Source: a virus (Duplodnaviria > Caudoviricetes). From it: a DNA stretch of 64,000 nucleotides. Positions 19,219 to 28,716 of this stretch are shown piece by piece; position 1 is the first letter of the stretch, and each line of letters starts with the position of its first letter. The stretch lies in IMG/VR virus record IMGVR_UViG_3300034062_005626, one strand, 5' to 3'. The notes beneath the pieces are model-generated. The model worked only from the letters and a program-made list of their open reading frames with translations. It searched no databases and was not told the DNA's origin. The position numbers and the translations under genes are program-made.

Positions 19219-21642
19219 TTAAGAAGAACAACCAAAACAATCAAAGTCTGAATTAGTTGGTTTTGGTGGAAGATTCATATATGAATAATCTACTTTTGGT
19301 TCAACCGGTGAAACTTTTGGTTTTTCCTTTTTTGTAACATCTAAAGCCAAGTGTTTTGCTCCTGTTGAAATGGCCTTTGTTCTTACATAATAACAAAGAG
19401 TCTTTAGACCTTTTTCCCATCCATAAAAATGTGAAGATGTTATTTTAGAAAGTGTTGGGTTAGACATGTAAATATTCATAGATTGTGATTGGTCAATAAA
19501 CGGAGCTCTTTCGGCAGCCATGTCAATCAATTCTCTTTGTGAAATTTCCCAAATTGTTTTGTATTTTGGAATCAAATGTTCAATTCTTTTAACCTTTCTA
19601 TTATAACCTTTTTCTTCAGTATCTAAGTAATTGTTGAAATTAATATTTTGAATTGAACCTTCATTCATAATAATTTCATTTTTTAAATCCTCGGACCAAA
19701 TTCCAATTTTTTCAAAGTCGTTGATTAGGTATTTGTTTACAATCATAATTTCACCTCCAACAACACGTCTATTAAATAAAGCCGAATGTGCGGGTTCTGT
19801 CATTTCGAATGAACCTGTAATTTTGGCGGAAGATGCTACAGGCATTTGAGCGGTGAATAATGAATTACACACCCCATAAGTCATCACGTCTTCTTTCAAG
19901 GTTTTCCAATCCATAAACAAATCTTCTTCAGAGAGTCCCCACATATCAAATTGAAAAATCCCTTGTGACATAGGTGAACCTTTGAAAAACTCATATGGGG
20001 TTCTCAAACCTTTTTTACACAAGTCATTACTTTCAAGAATAGCCGCGTAATAGATTGTTTCAAAAATGTTTTTATTTAATTTTTTAGCCTCAGGTGAGGT
20101 AAATATGTAATCCATTAAATAAAATACATCAGCCAATCCTTGTGTTCCAATTGCAATTGCTCTTTGTTCTAAACCACCTCTATGACCTTTTTCAGTAGAA
20201 TAGTTATTTTTATCAATAACATTATTTAATGCTCTAACAACTTTTCTAACTTCACTTATTAATAAAGAATAATCAAACTGTCCGTCTTTGATATAATTTT
20301 TTAACACTATTGAAGACAAAGTACAAATTGCTGTGGTCTTTTCATCTGTATATTGGTAAATCTCATTACATAGGTTAGACTGTTTAATTACTCCAATATT
20401 TTGGTGGTTAGTTTTTTTGTTTGCACTATCTTTAGAACATAAATAAGGAACTCCCGTTTCTACTTGAGACTCAATAATTTTAGTCCAAATGTCTTGTGCT
20501 TTAACTTTTTTACCAAGACCCATACTAACTGCCGTGTTATACACTTCTTCGTATTCATCTCCAAAACATTCTTGTAATGCCTTTAGTCCTGCCTTTTTAA
20601 TATCATTAGGACAGAATAAATACCAATCGGCGTTGTTCTTAACCGCATTCATAAAGTTGTCAGGAATCCAAAGTGCTGTAAATAAATCACGAGCTCTTAG
20701 TTCTTCGGCTCCTGTGTTCTTTTTAATATCTAATAAATCAAATATGTCTTTGTGCCAAGGTTCAAGATATATTGCCGCACTACCCGGTCTTCTACCTTGT
20801 TGATTAAAAAATCTTAAAGACTCATTAACGATTTTTAAATATTTTAACAATCCCCCTGCGTAACCACCTGAACTTGAAATTCTACTTTCTTTACTTCTTA
20901 TGTTAGACATTGAAAGTCCAATCCCGGCAGCATCCGATGAATAAGTTGAAATATCATTCATTGTATTTAACAATCCTTCTCTTGAGTCTGAATCGTTGTA
21001 GTGTAAAACACAAGACGCAAGTTGTGGTGTTTTGGTGCCAGAGTTAATCATAATTGGTGTTGCTGGTGAAATAAGTTGAGTCGATAAAGAGTTATAATAC
21101 TCTAACGCATCTTCTAATGTATTAGTAACCCATATCGCAACTCTCATATACATATGTTGTGGTCGTTCAACAACTTTACCATTTGGTCTTTTTAACAAAT
21201 ACATTTCTTGTAATGACCTCCAAGCAAAATAATCAAAGTTATAATCGTTGTCATGTTTAATTGCAACGTCGACAGTATCTTCACCGTAATATTCAATTCG
21301 TTTAATTAATTCTTCATTAACAACTCCATCCTCGTAAAGTAATCTCATAGTCTTTGAAAAACTTTCATCAGTTTCTTTATGATATGAAGATATTGCAACC
21401 GACGAAGCCATTCTTGAATAGTCGTGATGACTTCCTGTATAGGCTGCCGCAATCTCATAAATTAACTTATCAAGTTCTTTAGTTGTTACTTCCCCCTCAG
21501 TCGGAACCGATGTGATTACTTTAATAAAAATTTCATCTGAGTTTACGTTCAAACCTTTTGCTGAACGTTTTACTCTGTTATAAATTTTTTGTGGATTGAA
21601 CGCCACGTTCTCTCCATTTCTTTTTGTTATTTTTAATGACAT
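19219..21642 (-). CDS. nrdA: Ribonucleotide reductase class Ia alpha subunit with ATP cone
   Basis: 807 aa; ITKRNG ATP cone, SPATP, QLASC, QQGRRPG, SNLCNEI, TLCYY, C-terminal CFGC; no intein. Confidence 0.97.
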   Translation of the reverse strand: MSLKITKRNGENVAFNPQKIYNRVKRSAKGLNVNSDEIFIKVITSVPTEGEVTTKELDKLIYEIAAAYTGSHHDYSRMASSVAISSYHKETDESFSKTMRLLYEDGVVNEELIKRIEYYGEDTVDVAIKHDNDYNFDYFAWRSLQEMYLLKRPNGKVVERPQHMYMRVAIWVTNTLEDALEYYNSLSTQLISPATPIMINSGTKTPQLASCVLHYNDSDSREGLLNTMNDISTYSSDAAGIGLSMSNIRSKESRISSSGGYAGGLLKYLKIVNESLRFFNQQGRRPGSAAIYLEPWHKDIFDLLDIKKNTGAEELRARDLFTALWIPDNFMNAVKNNADWYLFCPNDIKKAGLKALQECFGDEYEEVYNTAVSMGLGKKVKAQDIWTKIIESQVETGVPYLCSKDSANKKTNHQNIGVIKQSNLCNEIYQYTDEKTTAICTLSSIVLKNYIKDGQFDYSLLISEVRKVVRALNNVIDKNNYSTEKGHRGGLEQRAIAIGTQGLADVFYLMDYIFTSPEAKKLNKNIFETIYYAAILESNDLCKKGLRTPYEFFKGSPMSQGIFQFDMWGLSEEDLFMDWKTLKEDVMTYGVCNSLFTAQMPVASSAKITGSFEMTEPAHSALFNRRVVGGEIMIVNKYLINDFEKIGIWSEDLKNEIIMNEGSIQNINFNNYLDTEEKGYNRKVKRIEHLIPKYKTIWEISQRELIDMAAERAPFIDQSQSMNIYMSNPTLSKITSSHFYGWEKGLKTLCYYVRTKAISTGAKHLALDVTKKEKPKVSPVEPKVDYSYMNLPPKPTNSDFDCFGCSS

Positions 21643-21652
21643 ATTAATAAAT

Positions 21653-22600
21653 TTAAAAATCTTCTGTGAATGTTATAGTTTCGTTTAACTTTGCTTTTTG
21701 GTATTCCATTGTTCTTGATTCAAAGAAATTACCTTTTGTTTCAACCGCAATTTGTTCCATGAATTTAAATGGTTGTTCAACATTAAATTCTTTACTACAA
21801 CCCATCTTAACCAATAAACCATCAACAACAAACTCTAAGTATTGTTTCATTAGATTAGAGTTCATACCGATTAAAGATACTGGAAGTGATTCAGTGATAA
21901 ATTCTTTTTCAATTTCTAATGCTGAAAGTAGAATTTCTTTGATTCTTTTTTCTGATGGTCTTTCTTCTAAGTGGTTATTTAATAAGTGAATTGCAAAATC
22001 ACAATGTAAATTTTCATCTTTAAAGATAAGTGAATTAGCATTACATAATCCTTGCATAATACCTCTTGATTTCATCCAAAAAATAGAACAAAAAGAACCT
22101 GAAAAGAAAATACCTTCAACGGCAGCAAACGCAACTAACCTTTCGGCAAATGACGCCTTTTCAATCCATTCTAATGCCCATTTAGCTTTCTTTTGAACAG
22201 CCGGTAATCTATCAATCGCATTGAAACATTCGTCCTTTTCTTTAGCGTTTGAGATATACGTATCAATCAATAATGAATACATTAATGAGTGAATGTTTTC
22301 CATAGCCAATTGAAACCCGTAGAAAAATTTAGCTTCAGGATATTGAACTTCACGATAAAAGTTTTCAGCCAAGTTTTCATTCACAATACCATCTGACGCC
22401 GCAAAAAATGACAGTACATTCTTAATGAAGAATTTTTCATTTTCTGTCAAATTTTCCCAATCTCTGATGTCATTTGTTAAATCGACTTCTTCTGCTGTCC
22501 AAAATGCAGCTTGGTGTTGTTTGTAAAATTCCCATATATCATTGTGTTCAATTGGGAAGATGACGAACCGACCAGGATTTTCTGTTAATATTTTTTCCAT
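21653..22600 (-). CDS. nrdB: Ribonucleotide reductase class Ia beta subunit
   Basis: 315 aa; [41 protein letters not shown]; eukaryote-like C-terminal FTEDF. Confidence 0.97.
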   Translation of the reverse strand: MEKILTENPGRFVIFPIEHNDIWEFYKQHQAAFWTAEEVDLTNDIRDWENLTENEKFFIKNVLSFFAASDGIVNENLAENFYREVQYPEAKFFYGFQLAMENIHSLMYSLLIDTYISNAKEKDECFNAIDRLPAVQKKAKWALEWIEKASFAERLVAFAAVEGIFFSGSFCSIFWMKSRGIMQGLCNANSLIFKDENLHCDFAIHLLNNHLEERPSEKRIKEILLSALEIEKEFITESLPVSLIGMNSNLMKQYLEFVVDGLLVKMGCSKEFNVEQPFKFMEQIAVETKGNFFESRTMEYQKAKLNETITFTEDF

Positions 22601-22614
22601 AATTTTTAATTAAT

Positions 22615-23994
22615 TTAAGATTGTTGTTCTTTTTGCTTTTTCTTTTCTAAAAGCTCTTTGATTCTATTTTTGTTTCTTTCTTCTTTTTGTTCTTCCAAAC
22701 CTAAGAAAGTCATACTTTGTTCTGTGTCTATTTCTAACATTCCGTTGTCAAATTTACAGTTTTCAAAAACAACACCGTCTTTACCAATTCTTGATTTGGT
22801 AATGGCGATTGTTGCCAAATTCATTTCTTTCTGTTGTAGACTCTTGGCCACTGTAATGATTACGTGACCTACCTGAGCCTTTTTAATTGACCCACCCATT
22901 TGGTCTGTTGTAACCACTTCTGACGAAATCGAATTACGATTTCCTTGTGTTGCGGTCCAACCTGCGATGTCCAACTCATGACACATAGCCTCAAACCCTC
23001 TCATTACTGAACCTTCACTTTTCCATTCATCACCCAACATTTTGTCAGGAACAACACAGTCAATGTAATCTAAAATAATCATATCGACTCTAGTTCCTTC
23101 AGCCATCATCTTTCTAACCTGATTTTTGATTTGATTCATAGTCACAGTATCGGAAGGTAGTTTTTTAATAATTAACTTATTTTTCATAGTTTCCTTAATG
23201 TGTTTTACCTTCGCCATAACTTCATCTCTATATTCAGACATGTCATCAGGATGAATCCCGGTCCAAAGCGTAAAGTGTTTTCTTTGGATAATTTTTGGGT
23301 TGTCTTCAAAAAATATTTGAAGAACGTTGTATCCCAAGTTGAATGCGTGGTTTGCAATTTTTGTAGTGAAAGTTGACTTACCAACACCCGTTGGTGCCAA
23401 AATAACACCAATCTCTCCCTTAGCTAAACCACCTTTCAATAGGTTGTCAATACCCGCAACCCCAATTGGAATTGGGTGTCTGTAATCGTCGTTTAGAACC
23501 TCTTCAAGGTTGAAGAAAACGTCGGTTGTTCCTTTATCGACCTCACCAACTTGTAATGCTCCTCTTACCATTTCTTCTAAGTGGTCATAACTTTCAAAAT
23601 CACCCTTATCGATAATTGATTGTGCTTTAGTCATAACCTTCTGTAATTCTTGTTGTTTACAGAATTTTAATGACTTTTCTTGAACAAATAATGAACCGTC
23701 ATCAGACACATCTTTTACTTGTTGTAATGTATCCAAAACGCTCTTTTGAGCCATCGGAGAAGATATTTCTGACTTTGTAAGTTGTTCTAATGTATCAAAT
23801 GTTGGAGTATGTTCATACTTTGAATAGAACTCCTTAATCATTTGACAAATAATACGAAAATATTGGTTGTCAAAATAGTGTGGGTCAATAACTTCAAGAA
23901 TGGAATTTGAGAAATCTTTATATAAAATAATATTGTTTAATAATTGAATTTGAAAAGTATTTCCTAAGTATCCGAAGTTTTTTTTGTCTGACAT
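22615..23994 (-). CDS. Replicative DnaB-type helicase (T4 gp41-like)
   Basis: 459 aa; Walker A APTGVGKS, Walker B IILDYID, TATQGNR, KSR motif. Confidence 0.93.
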   Translation of the reverse strand: MSDKKNFGYLGNTFQIQLLNNIILYKDFSNSILEVIDPHYFDNQYFRIICQMIKEFYSKYEHTPTFDTLEQLTKSEISSPMAQKSVLDTLQQVKDVSDDGSLFVQEKSLKFCKQQELQKVMTKAQSIIDKGDFESYDHLEEMVRGALQVGEVDKGTTDVFFNLEEVLNDDYRHPIPIGVAGIDNLLKGGLAKGEIGVILAPTGVGKSTFTTKIANHAFNLGYNVLQIFFEDNPKIIQRKHFTLWTGIHPDDMSEYRDEVMAKVKHIKETMKNKLIIKKLPSDTVTMNQIKNQVRKMMAEGTRVDMIILDYIDCVVPDKMLGDEWKSEGSVMRGFEAMCHELDIAGWTATQGNRNSISSEVVTTDQMGGSIKKAQVGHVIITVAKSLQQKEMNLATIAITKSRIGKDGVVFENCKFDNGMLEIDTEQSMTFLGLEEQKEERNKNRIKELLEKKKQKEQQS

Positions 23995-24032
23995 ATTCTG
24001 TATTTTTTTTTCTTTGTATATGATAAATATGA

Positions 24033-24485
24033 CTAAGCCAACGAATAATTAAGGTAATTATAAGATAAATTTTTATCTGAAAAAATGTCAGTTAAGTCTT
24101 TTAATATCGTTTTTATCGTTGGTCGTATATCCAGGGTATATCTAGCCTTTGGTGGGTATACTTTAGCGTCGATGATGGTATGACAAATTGTCTCATTTCC
24201 AATTCGAATAATCAAATTAAAAACTTCCGGACCATCAGTATTTGATGTGTCTAAGATAGATGGGTCTTCTTCAATTTGGAACCGATTTTCCAACATATAG
24301 AAAACTGATTTGTTTCTTAGTTTTGTTTTTAACTCTTCTGACAATGATTTCATGTAGTTCAATAACTCAATACTATTTTTAGCCTTTTGGTTAATGTTTC
24401 TTACATTGAAAAAACGTTGTACAACGAAGTTGTCATTTAATGTAATTAGAAATTCAACTTTAGTAATGTCCTGATTTTCTTTCAT
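24033..24485 (-). CDS. Hypothetical protein in the replication cassette
   Basis: 150-aa ORF tightly packed between the exonuclease and helicase genes. Confidence 0.6.
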   Translation of the reverse strand: MKENQDITKVEFLITLNDNFVVQRFFNVRNINQKAKNSIELLNYMKSLSEELKTKLRNKSVFYMLENRFQIEEDPSILDTSNTDGPEVFNLIIRIGNETICHTIIDAKVYPPKARYTLDIRPTIKTILKDLTDIFSDKNLSYNYLNYSLA

Positions 24486-24489
24486 AATT

Positions 24490-25497
24490 TTAGTTTTTTG
24501 TTTTAAATTTTGTTTTTTCTTTTCTTGTTAACTTTAAAAATGGTTTTAAAAAATAAATCCAATTATCATCTGTTTTTGGTAGGTACTTAAATAACCCGTC
24601 TTCCATCATCATACGTATTAGGTTTTTGTATCCCCTACCGTCAGGGTCCAATGATTCTGAATAATATGCCCTAACCAAATCTTTACCTTCTTGATTTATT
24701 AGTGGTTTATCTAAATCAATTAGTTTTTTATTAATCACATAATATTCATCACCAAATATACCTTCTTTTGTTTTACCAGACAAAAGATTTTGTAATGATT
24801 TGTTGTCTTTATTTTCTTTAAGGAGTTCCTCCCCTTTCGATAAAATATCGGATAATTCCACTTCTTTTTCAAGTAGCTCAGGAAAAAACTTAATTAAAGT
24901 CTTTTCACCTAAATAAAAAATACCGTCGATATTATCAGATGAATCGCCTGTAAGGATTTTAATTGTTTTGACATTATAATGGGGAACTTCAAAATCACTC
25001 ATTTTGATAGTATCCCCCATCTTATAATATCTTTTTGTGGATGGTGAATAGATAGAAACCTTTTCAGATATAAGTTGTGTAAGGTCTCTATCACTTGAGA
25101 AAATTGTTTTATTCTCGTCTTCAGAAATTTGACAGTAATACGCAATTAAATCATCCGCTTCTGAATTTTCAACTTCAAGTTGTCTAACAAACATCTCTTC
25201 AAGATATTGTTTAACTCGTTGTTTTTGTTCTTCATAAGAATCTTGTTTAATCTCATTAGAATCGTTTCTACGGTTTAATTTATACTTGGGGTATATCAAC
25301 CTTCTCTGTGATGAGTTCGTGTCACTATCCCAAAATACTACAACTTTATTATAGTTGTTCTCCTCTAAAAACTTTCTTAAAGTATTCAAAAAGTGCCAAA
25401 TGGCCCCAATATGTTTTCCTTTGTGGAAATAATCTTTCACTCCATGAAAACCAATTTTCATCAAATTGTTTCCATCAACCAATAAGGTTTTTGTCAC
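24490..25497 (-). CDS. 5'-3' exonuclease / flap endonuclease (T4 RNase H, PolI N-terminal-like)
   Basis: 335 aa; LLVDGNN, YKLNR, EADDLI, SSDRDLTQL, LTGDSSDNIDGI...GEKT. Confidence 0.93.
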   Translation of the reverse strand: MTKTLLVDGNNLMKIGFHGVKDYFHKGKHIGAIWHFLNTLRKFLEENNYNKVVVFWDSDTNSSQRRLIYPKYKLNRRNDSNEIKQDSYEEQKQRVKQYLEEMFVRQLEVENSEADDLIAYYCQISEDENKTIFSSDRDLTQLISEKVSIYSPSTKRYYKMGDTIKMSDFEVPHYNVKTIKILTGDSSDNIDGIFYLGEKTLIKFFPELLEKEVELSDILSKGEELLKENKDNKSLQNLLSGKTKEGIFGDEYYVINKKLIDLDKPLINQEGKDLVRAYYSESLDPDGRGYKNLIRMMMEDGLFKYLPKTDDNWIYFLKPFLKLTRKEKTKFKTKN

Positions 25498-25518
25498 TTT
25501 TTTTGTTTTTAATTGTTA

Positions 25519-26526
25519 CTACTCTACTTCTTCTTTTTCTGCTTTCAAATCAAAGTCACCATCAACTCCGATTATTTCCTTCCAATACTCGGCATATTCT
25601 TTTTTGTATTGTTCGATTGATGCCTTTTCTTCGGAAGCTTCTTTTCCTGGTAAGAACCCGTGTGGTGTTACGATAATCTTCCCATCTTCAAAACCAAGTC
25701 CGTTGATGTGATTTTTCATAACAGACACCTTAGTTCTTGATGCAAACTTCACAGTTCTCTTATCTTTAGTTGCTGTAATTTTTGTTGTACCAGCTCCTTT
25801 TTGATTTCCAAATAAGAATACTAATGAAGAGTTCAACCAAATCGCCTCACCACCTTTTGCCTTAATTTTAGGCTGTCCAAATGGATTGTCAGGTAATTCA
25901 ACCCAAGGTTGATTAACAATTATTAGGGTGTTTTCGTATTTAGAGTCTGCTTTACGTGAACCTGAAATACGTTGGTTAATACCCATACCAATCTTGTCGG
26001 CCAAAACACTTGCATTGTGTTGTTTACCTCCTTTACCTTCGTAAGTCATTTTACAAGGAACAGAACCTACTGAGTCCCACATAATACACAATGAATAATC
26101 TAAATCACCCTTTTCTTGTGCGTCTAATAAATCATTGATGTAATCTGTGATTTGTTCAATATAATCAAAGTTATTATTGAATATATAAAACCCGTCCCAC
26201 TCTAATTCTCCAGTTTCTGTATCAACAACTTCCTCACATTCAAACCCCATTAACTTAGCGTGGTCAAACGACCATTTTTGTTCGGTGATGATAAATACAG
26301 GTAAAATACCTTTCTTCTGAGCATCAACCGCAGTTTTAACTAGTGCCGTTGTCTTACCTGTGTCTGAATGTCCTAAGAACATATTGATGTGTCCCATAGC
26401 AGGACCAGGTAGACCAACAGCATCCAAAAACGGAGCACCAAGGTCAAAGAATCTTTGTGGTTTATATTTTGCAGATGTGGAAAACTTTTTTTTCAAAGAC
26501 CCAAAGTCATTCTTCTTAATAGCCAT
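25519..26526 (-). CDS. uvsX: RecA/UvsX recombinase
   Basis: 335 aa; Walker A GHSDTGKT, WDSVGS, IIVNQ, KAKGGEAI, KNHING. Confidence 0.9.
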   Translation of the reverse strand: MAIKKNDFGSLKKKFSTSAKYKPQRFFDLGAPFLDAVGLPGPAMGHINMFLGHSDTGKTTALVKTAVDAQKKGILPVFIITEQKWSFDHAKLMGFECEEVVDTETGELEWDGFYIFNNNFDYIEQITDYINDLLDAQEKGDLDYSLCIMWDSVGSVPCKMTYEGKGGKQHNASVLADKIGMGINQRISGSRKADSKYENTLIIVNQPWVELPDNPFGQPKIKAKGGEAIWLNSSLVFLFGNQKGAGTTKITATKDKRTVKFASRTKVSVMKNHINGLGFEDGKIIVTPHGFLPGKEASEEKASIEQYKKEYAEYWKEIIGVDGDFDLKAEKEEVE

Positions 26527-26747
26527 TACAGTTCGTAAATTTTAAAGTTTTTAATAGTTTCCAACTTGTCGTTTGCGTTAGTTAGTTGTTCAACCAAATT
26601 ATCCATTTCTTCGGTGTGTTGTGGGTGCTCACCAATTCCTACAGGGTTTGTAAAATATACATATAATCTTGCCTCAGCATCTGCAATTTCAGACTCGTAT
26701 TTTTTCACAAGAGCATCTTTTAATTTTTCTGCTAAAAATGTGTTCAT
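26526..26747 (-). CDS. Small helical hypothetical protein
   Basis: 73 aa, coupled to uvsX; GIGEHP motif between two predicted helices. Confidence 0.65.
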   Translation of the reverse strand: MNTFLAEKLKDALVKKYESEIADAEARLYVYFTNPVGIGEHPQHTEEMDNLVEQLTNANDKLETIKNFKIYEL

Positions 26748-26770
26748 TTTTTAATTTTTTAAAGTTAATA

Positions 26771-26799
26771 AAAATCGGGCTTAGGTGTAAAGCCCGATT
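26771..26799 (-). terminator. Intrinsic terminator after the SSB gene
   Basis: 10-bp stem AATCGGGCTT(26773-26782)/AAGCCCGATT(26790-26799) plus minus-strand T-tract. Confidence 0.8.
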
Positions 26800-26813
26800 A
26801 TGTTTTTTTTGAT

Positions 26814-27668
26814 TTAGAATGGTAAATCTTCTGATGGTTCTTCGTTTGCTTGTGGGTCAACAACAGGTGTTGTTTCTTGTTTTGAACCTCCAAGTGAAAT
26901 TTCAGCAGCTTCACCGTAAACATATTTTTTAAGTTCAGATGACCACATTGGTGTTTCACCAACTGCAACTGCCTCTAAATATTCTACAGGTTTTTTAGAA
27001 TATACATCATTCCATGTTAATTCATCTTGAATCCATCCTTCCATGATTGCCTTATCCTCATGTAGTGGTTGTGGGTCATCATACATAATAGTTTGGATTA
27101 CTGTGTACTCTTTTCCTTGTGGTGTTTTTGCCTTTGTAAGTTCAATAATTAAATCACGACCTTTTTCGGCATTAGTTACATCACCTTTAGCTTTCCAAAT
27201 AGGTAGGATTTTATCTAAAACACCTTCTTGTTTGTAGTTGTGTTTGAATCTCCAAAACTTAACACCATCTTGTTCATTGTCTCGGTCAATAACTTTTACA
27301 ATGTAAAATAAACGTGAACGGTATTGTGATGCCAATTCTTTGTCTTCTTTTTTACCTGTCGAAATTAATTCGTTATAAACTTCAGTTAATGGTGAACGGT
27401 CGTTGTCGTTTTTCTCGGGGTCATACAACTTAACCCACTGTCCGTTTACTTGGATTTCATGGTACCAAACTTCAACAAATGGTGATGAACCATCTTTTGT
27501 AGGTAAGATACGGATTCTTCGTGATGCGGATTTTTCATTCTTTTGAAGAATTGCGGAAAAATATTTCTTCAATCTGTCTTCTTGAGAAATGTTTGTTTTT
27601 GTGCTGTTGCTCGATGTTGAATTTTTTTCGTACTGAGCAAGTACTGAATCTAATACTGAATTTGCCAT
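26814..27668 (-). CDS. Single-stranded DNA-binding protein (T4 gp32-like)
   Basis: 284 aa; RRIRILP, PFVEVWYH, LFYIVKVIDRD...GVKFWRF, GRDLII; acidic C-terminal tail ending EDLPF. Confidence 0.88.
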   Translation of the reverse strand: MANSVLDSVLAQYEKNSTSSNSTKTNISQEDRLKKYFSAILQKNEKSASRRIRILPTKDGSSPFVEVWYHEIQVNGQWVKLYDPEKNDNDRSPLTEVYNELISTGKKEDKELASQYRSRLFYIVKVIDRDNEQDGVKFWRFKHNYKQEGVLDKILPIWKAKGDVTNAEKGRDLIIELTKAKTPQGKEYTVIQTIMYDDPQPLHEDKAIMEGWIQDELTWNDVYSKKPVEYLEAVAVGETPMWSSELKKYVYGEAAEISLGGSKQETTPVVDPQANEEPSEDLPF

Positions 27669-27703
27669 AAATAAATTTTTAATTATTACTCTTTTATCTA
27701 TGA

Positions 27704-27734
27704 AAAATATAAGTGAACTTTCGTTTTTGTCAAA
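27704..27734 (-). promoter_or_regulatory. Host-type (early/middle) promoter for the SSB gene
   Basis: Minus strand TTTG(ACA)-N19-TATATTTT, matching the Bacteroidota TTTG/TAnnTTTG layout; also reads as TTGACA-N16-TATATT. Confidence 0.6.
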
Positions 27735-27735
27735 T

Positions 27736-27760
27736 AAAAAAGGGAAGATAATTCTTCCCT
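27736..27760 (-). terminator. Intrinsic terminator separating the late block from the replication cassette
   Basis: 8-bp stem AGGGAAGA(27741-27748)/TCTTCCCT(27753-27760), minus-strand T-tract, immediately upstream of the SSB promoter. Confidence 0.8.
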
Positions 27761-27784
27761 CAAAAATATAATTATGAAAAATAA

Positions 27785-28465
27785 TTAGTAAGTATTTTCA
27801 TCATCATCTTGGTCAAAAATACCAAATGTTTTTTTAACTTCATTAGGTGAATAGTTTTCAACCTCATCTGAAGTTAAGATATATTCTTCTTTCCCTTGTT
27901 TTTCAAAGTCTTCTTTTTTGTCTTCAAAATAATCTGTCAATTTTTGATTATAAGGATAAGAATCAAGTGAACGTAACATCAATTTTTCTTCAGGTGACTT
28001 AGGTCTACTTTTTTCTACTTTACTTTCGATTGAATCAATTTTTGACATTATTTGGTCCATCTGATTTAATTTTGTTTCTAAATCATTCAATTTAGAAAAC
28101 ATACTATCCATGAACTCTTCTTGTTTTGTTTTAATTTCTTCTTGTGTTGTTACTAAATCTGTAATATCTATTTCTTCAGTTCCTTCTTCTTCATCTTTTT
28201 TTGTATCAACTTCTTCAACATCAGGGTCTGACTCAACATCTACAGGTTCGGGTATTGCGTCGGCGCCTCCTGCATCAGGTGTGGGTGCTCCTGCGTCAGG
28301 TGCTGGTGGTGTTGCTCCTGCATCAGGCGCGGGTGCTCCTGCGTCAGGTGCGGGTGGAGCTCCTGCTGCGTCAGGTGCTGGTGGTGCAACTTCTTGTTCA
28401 TTAATATATCCTGTAATTTGGTTAAAACGTTTTAACTCTTCTAAAATTTGTCTTTCTATACTCAT
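27785..28465 (-). CDS. Acidic, Pro/Ala-repeat and coiled-coil protein (possible head-internal/scaffold-like)
   Basis: 226 aa; (A)PPAPDAG(A) repeats, acidic linker, heptad-like C-terminal half. Confidence 0.5.
   Translation of the reverse strand: MSIERQILEELKRFNQITGYINEQEVAPPAPDAAGAPPAPDAGAPAPDAGATPPAPDAGAPTPDAGGADAIPEPVDVESDPDVEEVDTKKDEEEGTEEIDITDLVTTQEEIKTKQEEFMDSMFSKLNDLETKLNQMDQIMSKIDSIESKVEKSRPKSPEEKLMLRSLDSYPYNQKLTDYFEDKKEDFEKQGKEEYILTSDEVENYSPNEVKKTFGIFDQDDDENTY
28256..28392 (-). repeat. Coding tandem repeat PAPDAG(A)
   Basis: APPAPDAAGAPPAPDAGAPAPDAGATPPAPDAGAPTPDAGG; GC-rich imperfect DNA repeats (tcaggtgc...) in an AT-rich background. Confidence 0.9.
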
Positions 28466-28467
28466 TT

Positions 28468-28692
28468 TTACCCATTTAATAATGTTTTAACCCCTTGTGG
28501 AGTTTCGACTTTTAATGTTCTATTTGTTTTCATAGTATTGTCAACTCTTTCAATTAGACCATCTTTCATTCTAATTGTATAACAATCACCAGTTTCCAAA
28601 TCACAAACTTCTTGATACCCATTACCCTTATCTCTTTGTGTAATTTTTGTATCTTTTCTTAGATAATTATCTAATAACATTTTTATTTCCAT
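28468..28692 (-). CDS. Small hypothetical protein
   Basis: 74 aa; TATTTATA motif 11 nt upstream; EVCDLETGDC. Confidence 0.65.
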   Translation of the reverse strand: MEIKMLLDNYLRKDTKITQRDKGNGYQEVCDLETGDCYTIRMKDGLIERVDNTMKTNRTLKVETPQGVKTLLNG

Positions 28693-28716
28693 AGTTTTTT
28701 TTATATAAATATTATG

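Noticed and set aside
28110-28490. Plus-strand ORFs with ASGAGG repeats (and 28201-28404)
   Set aside because: Antisense shadows of the PAPDAG repeat gene.
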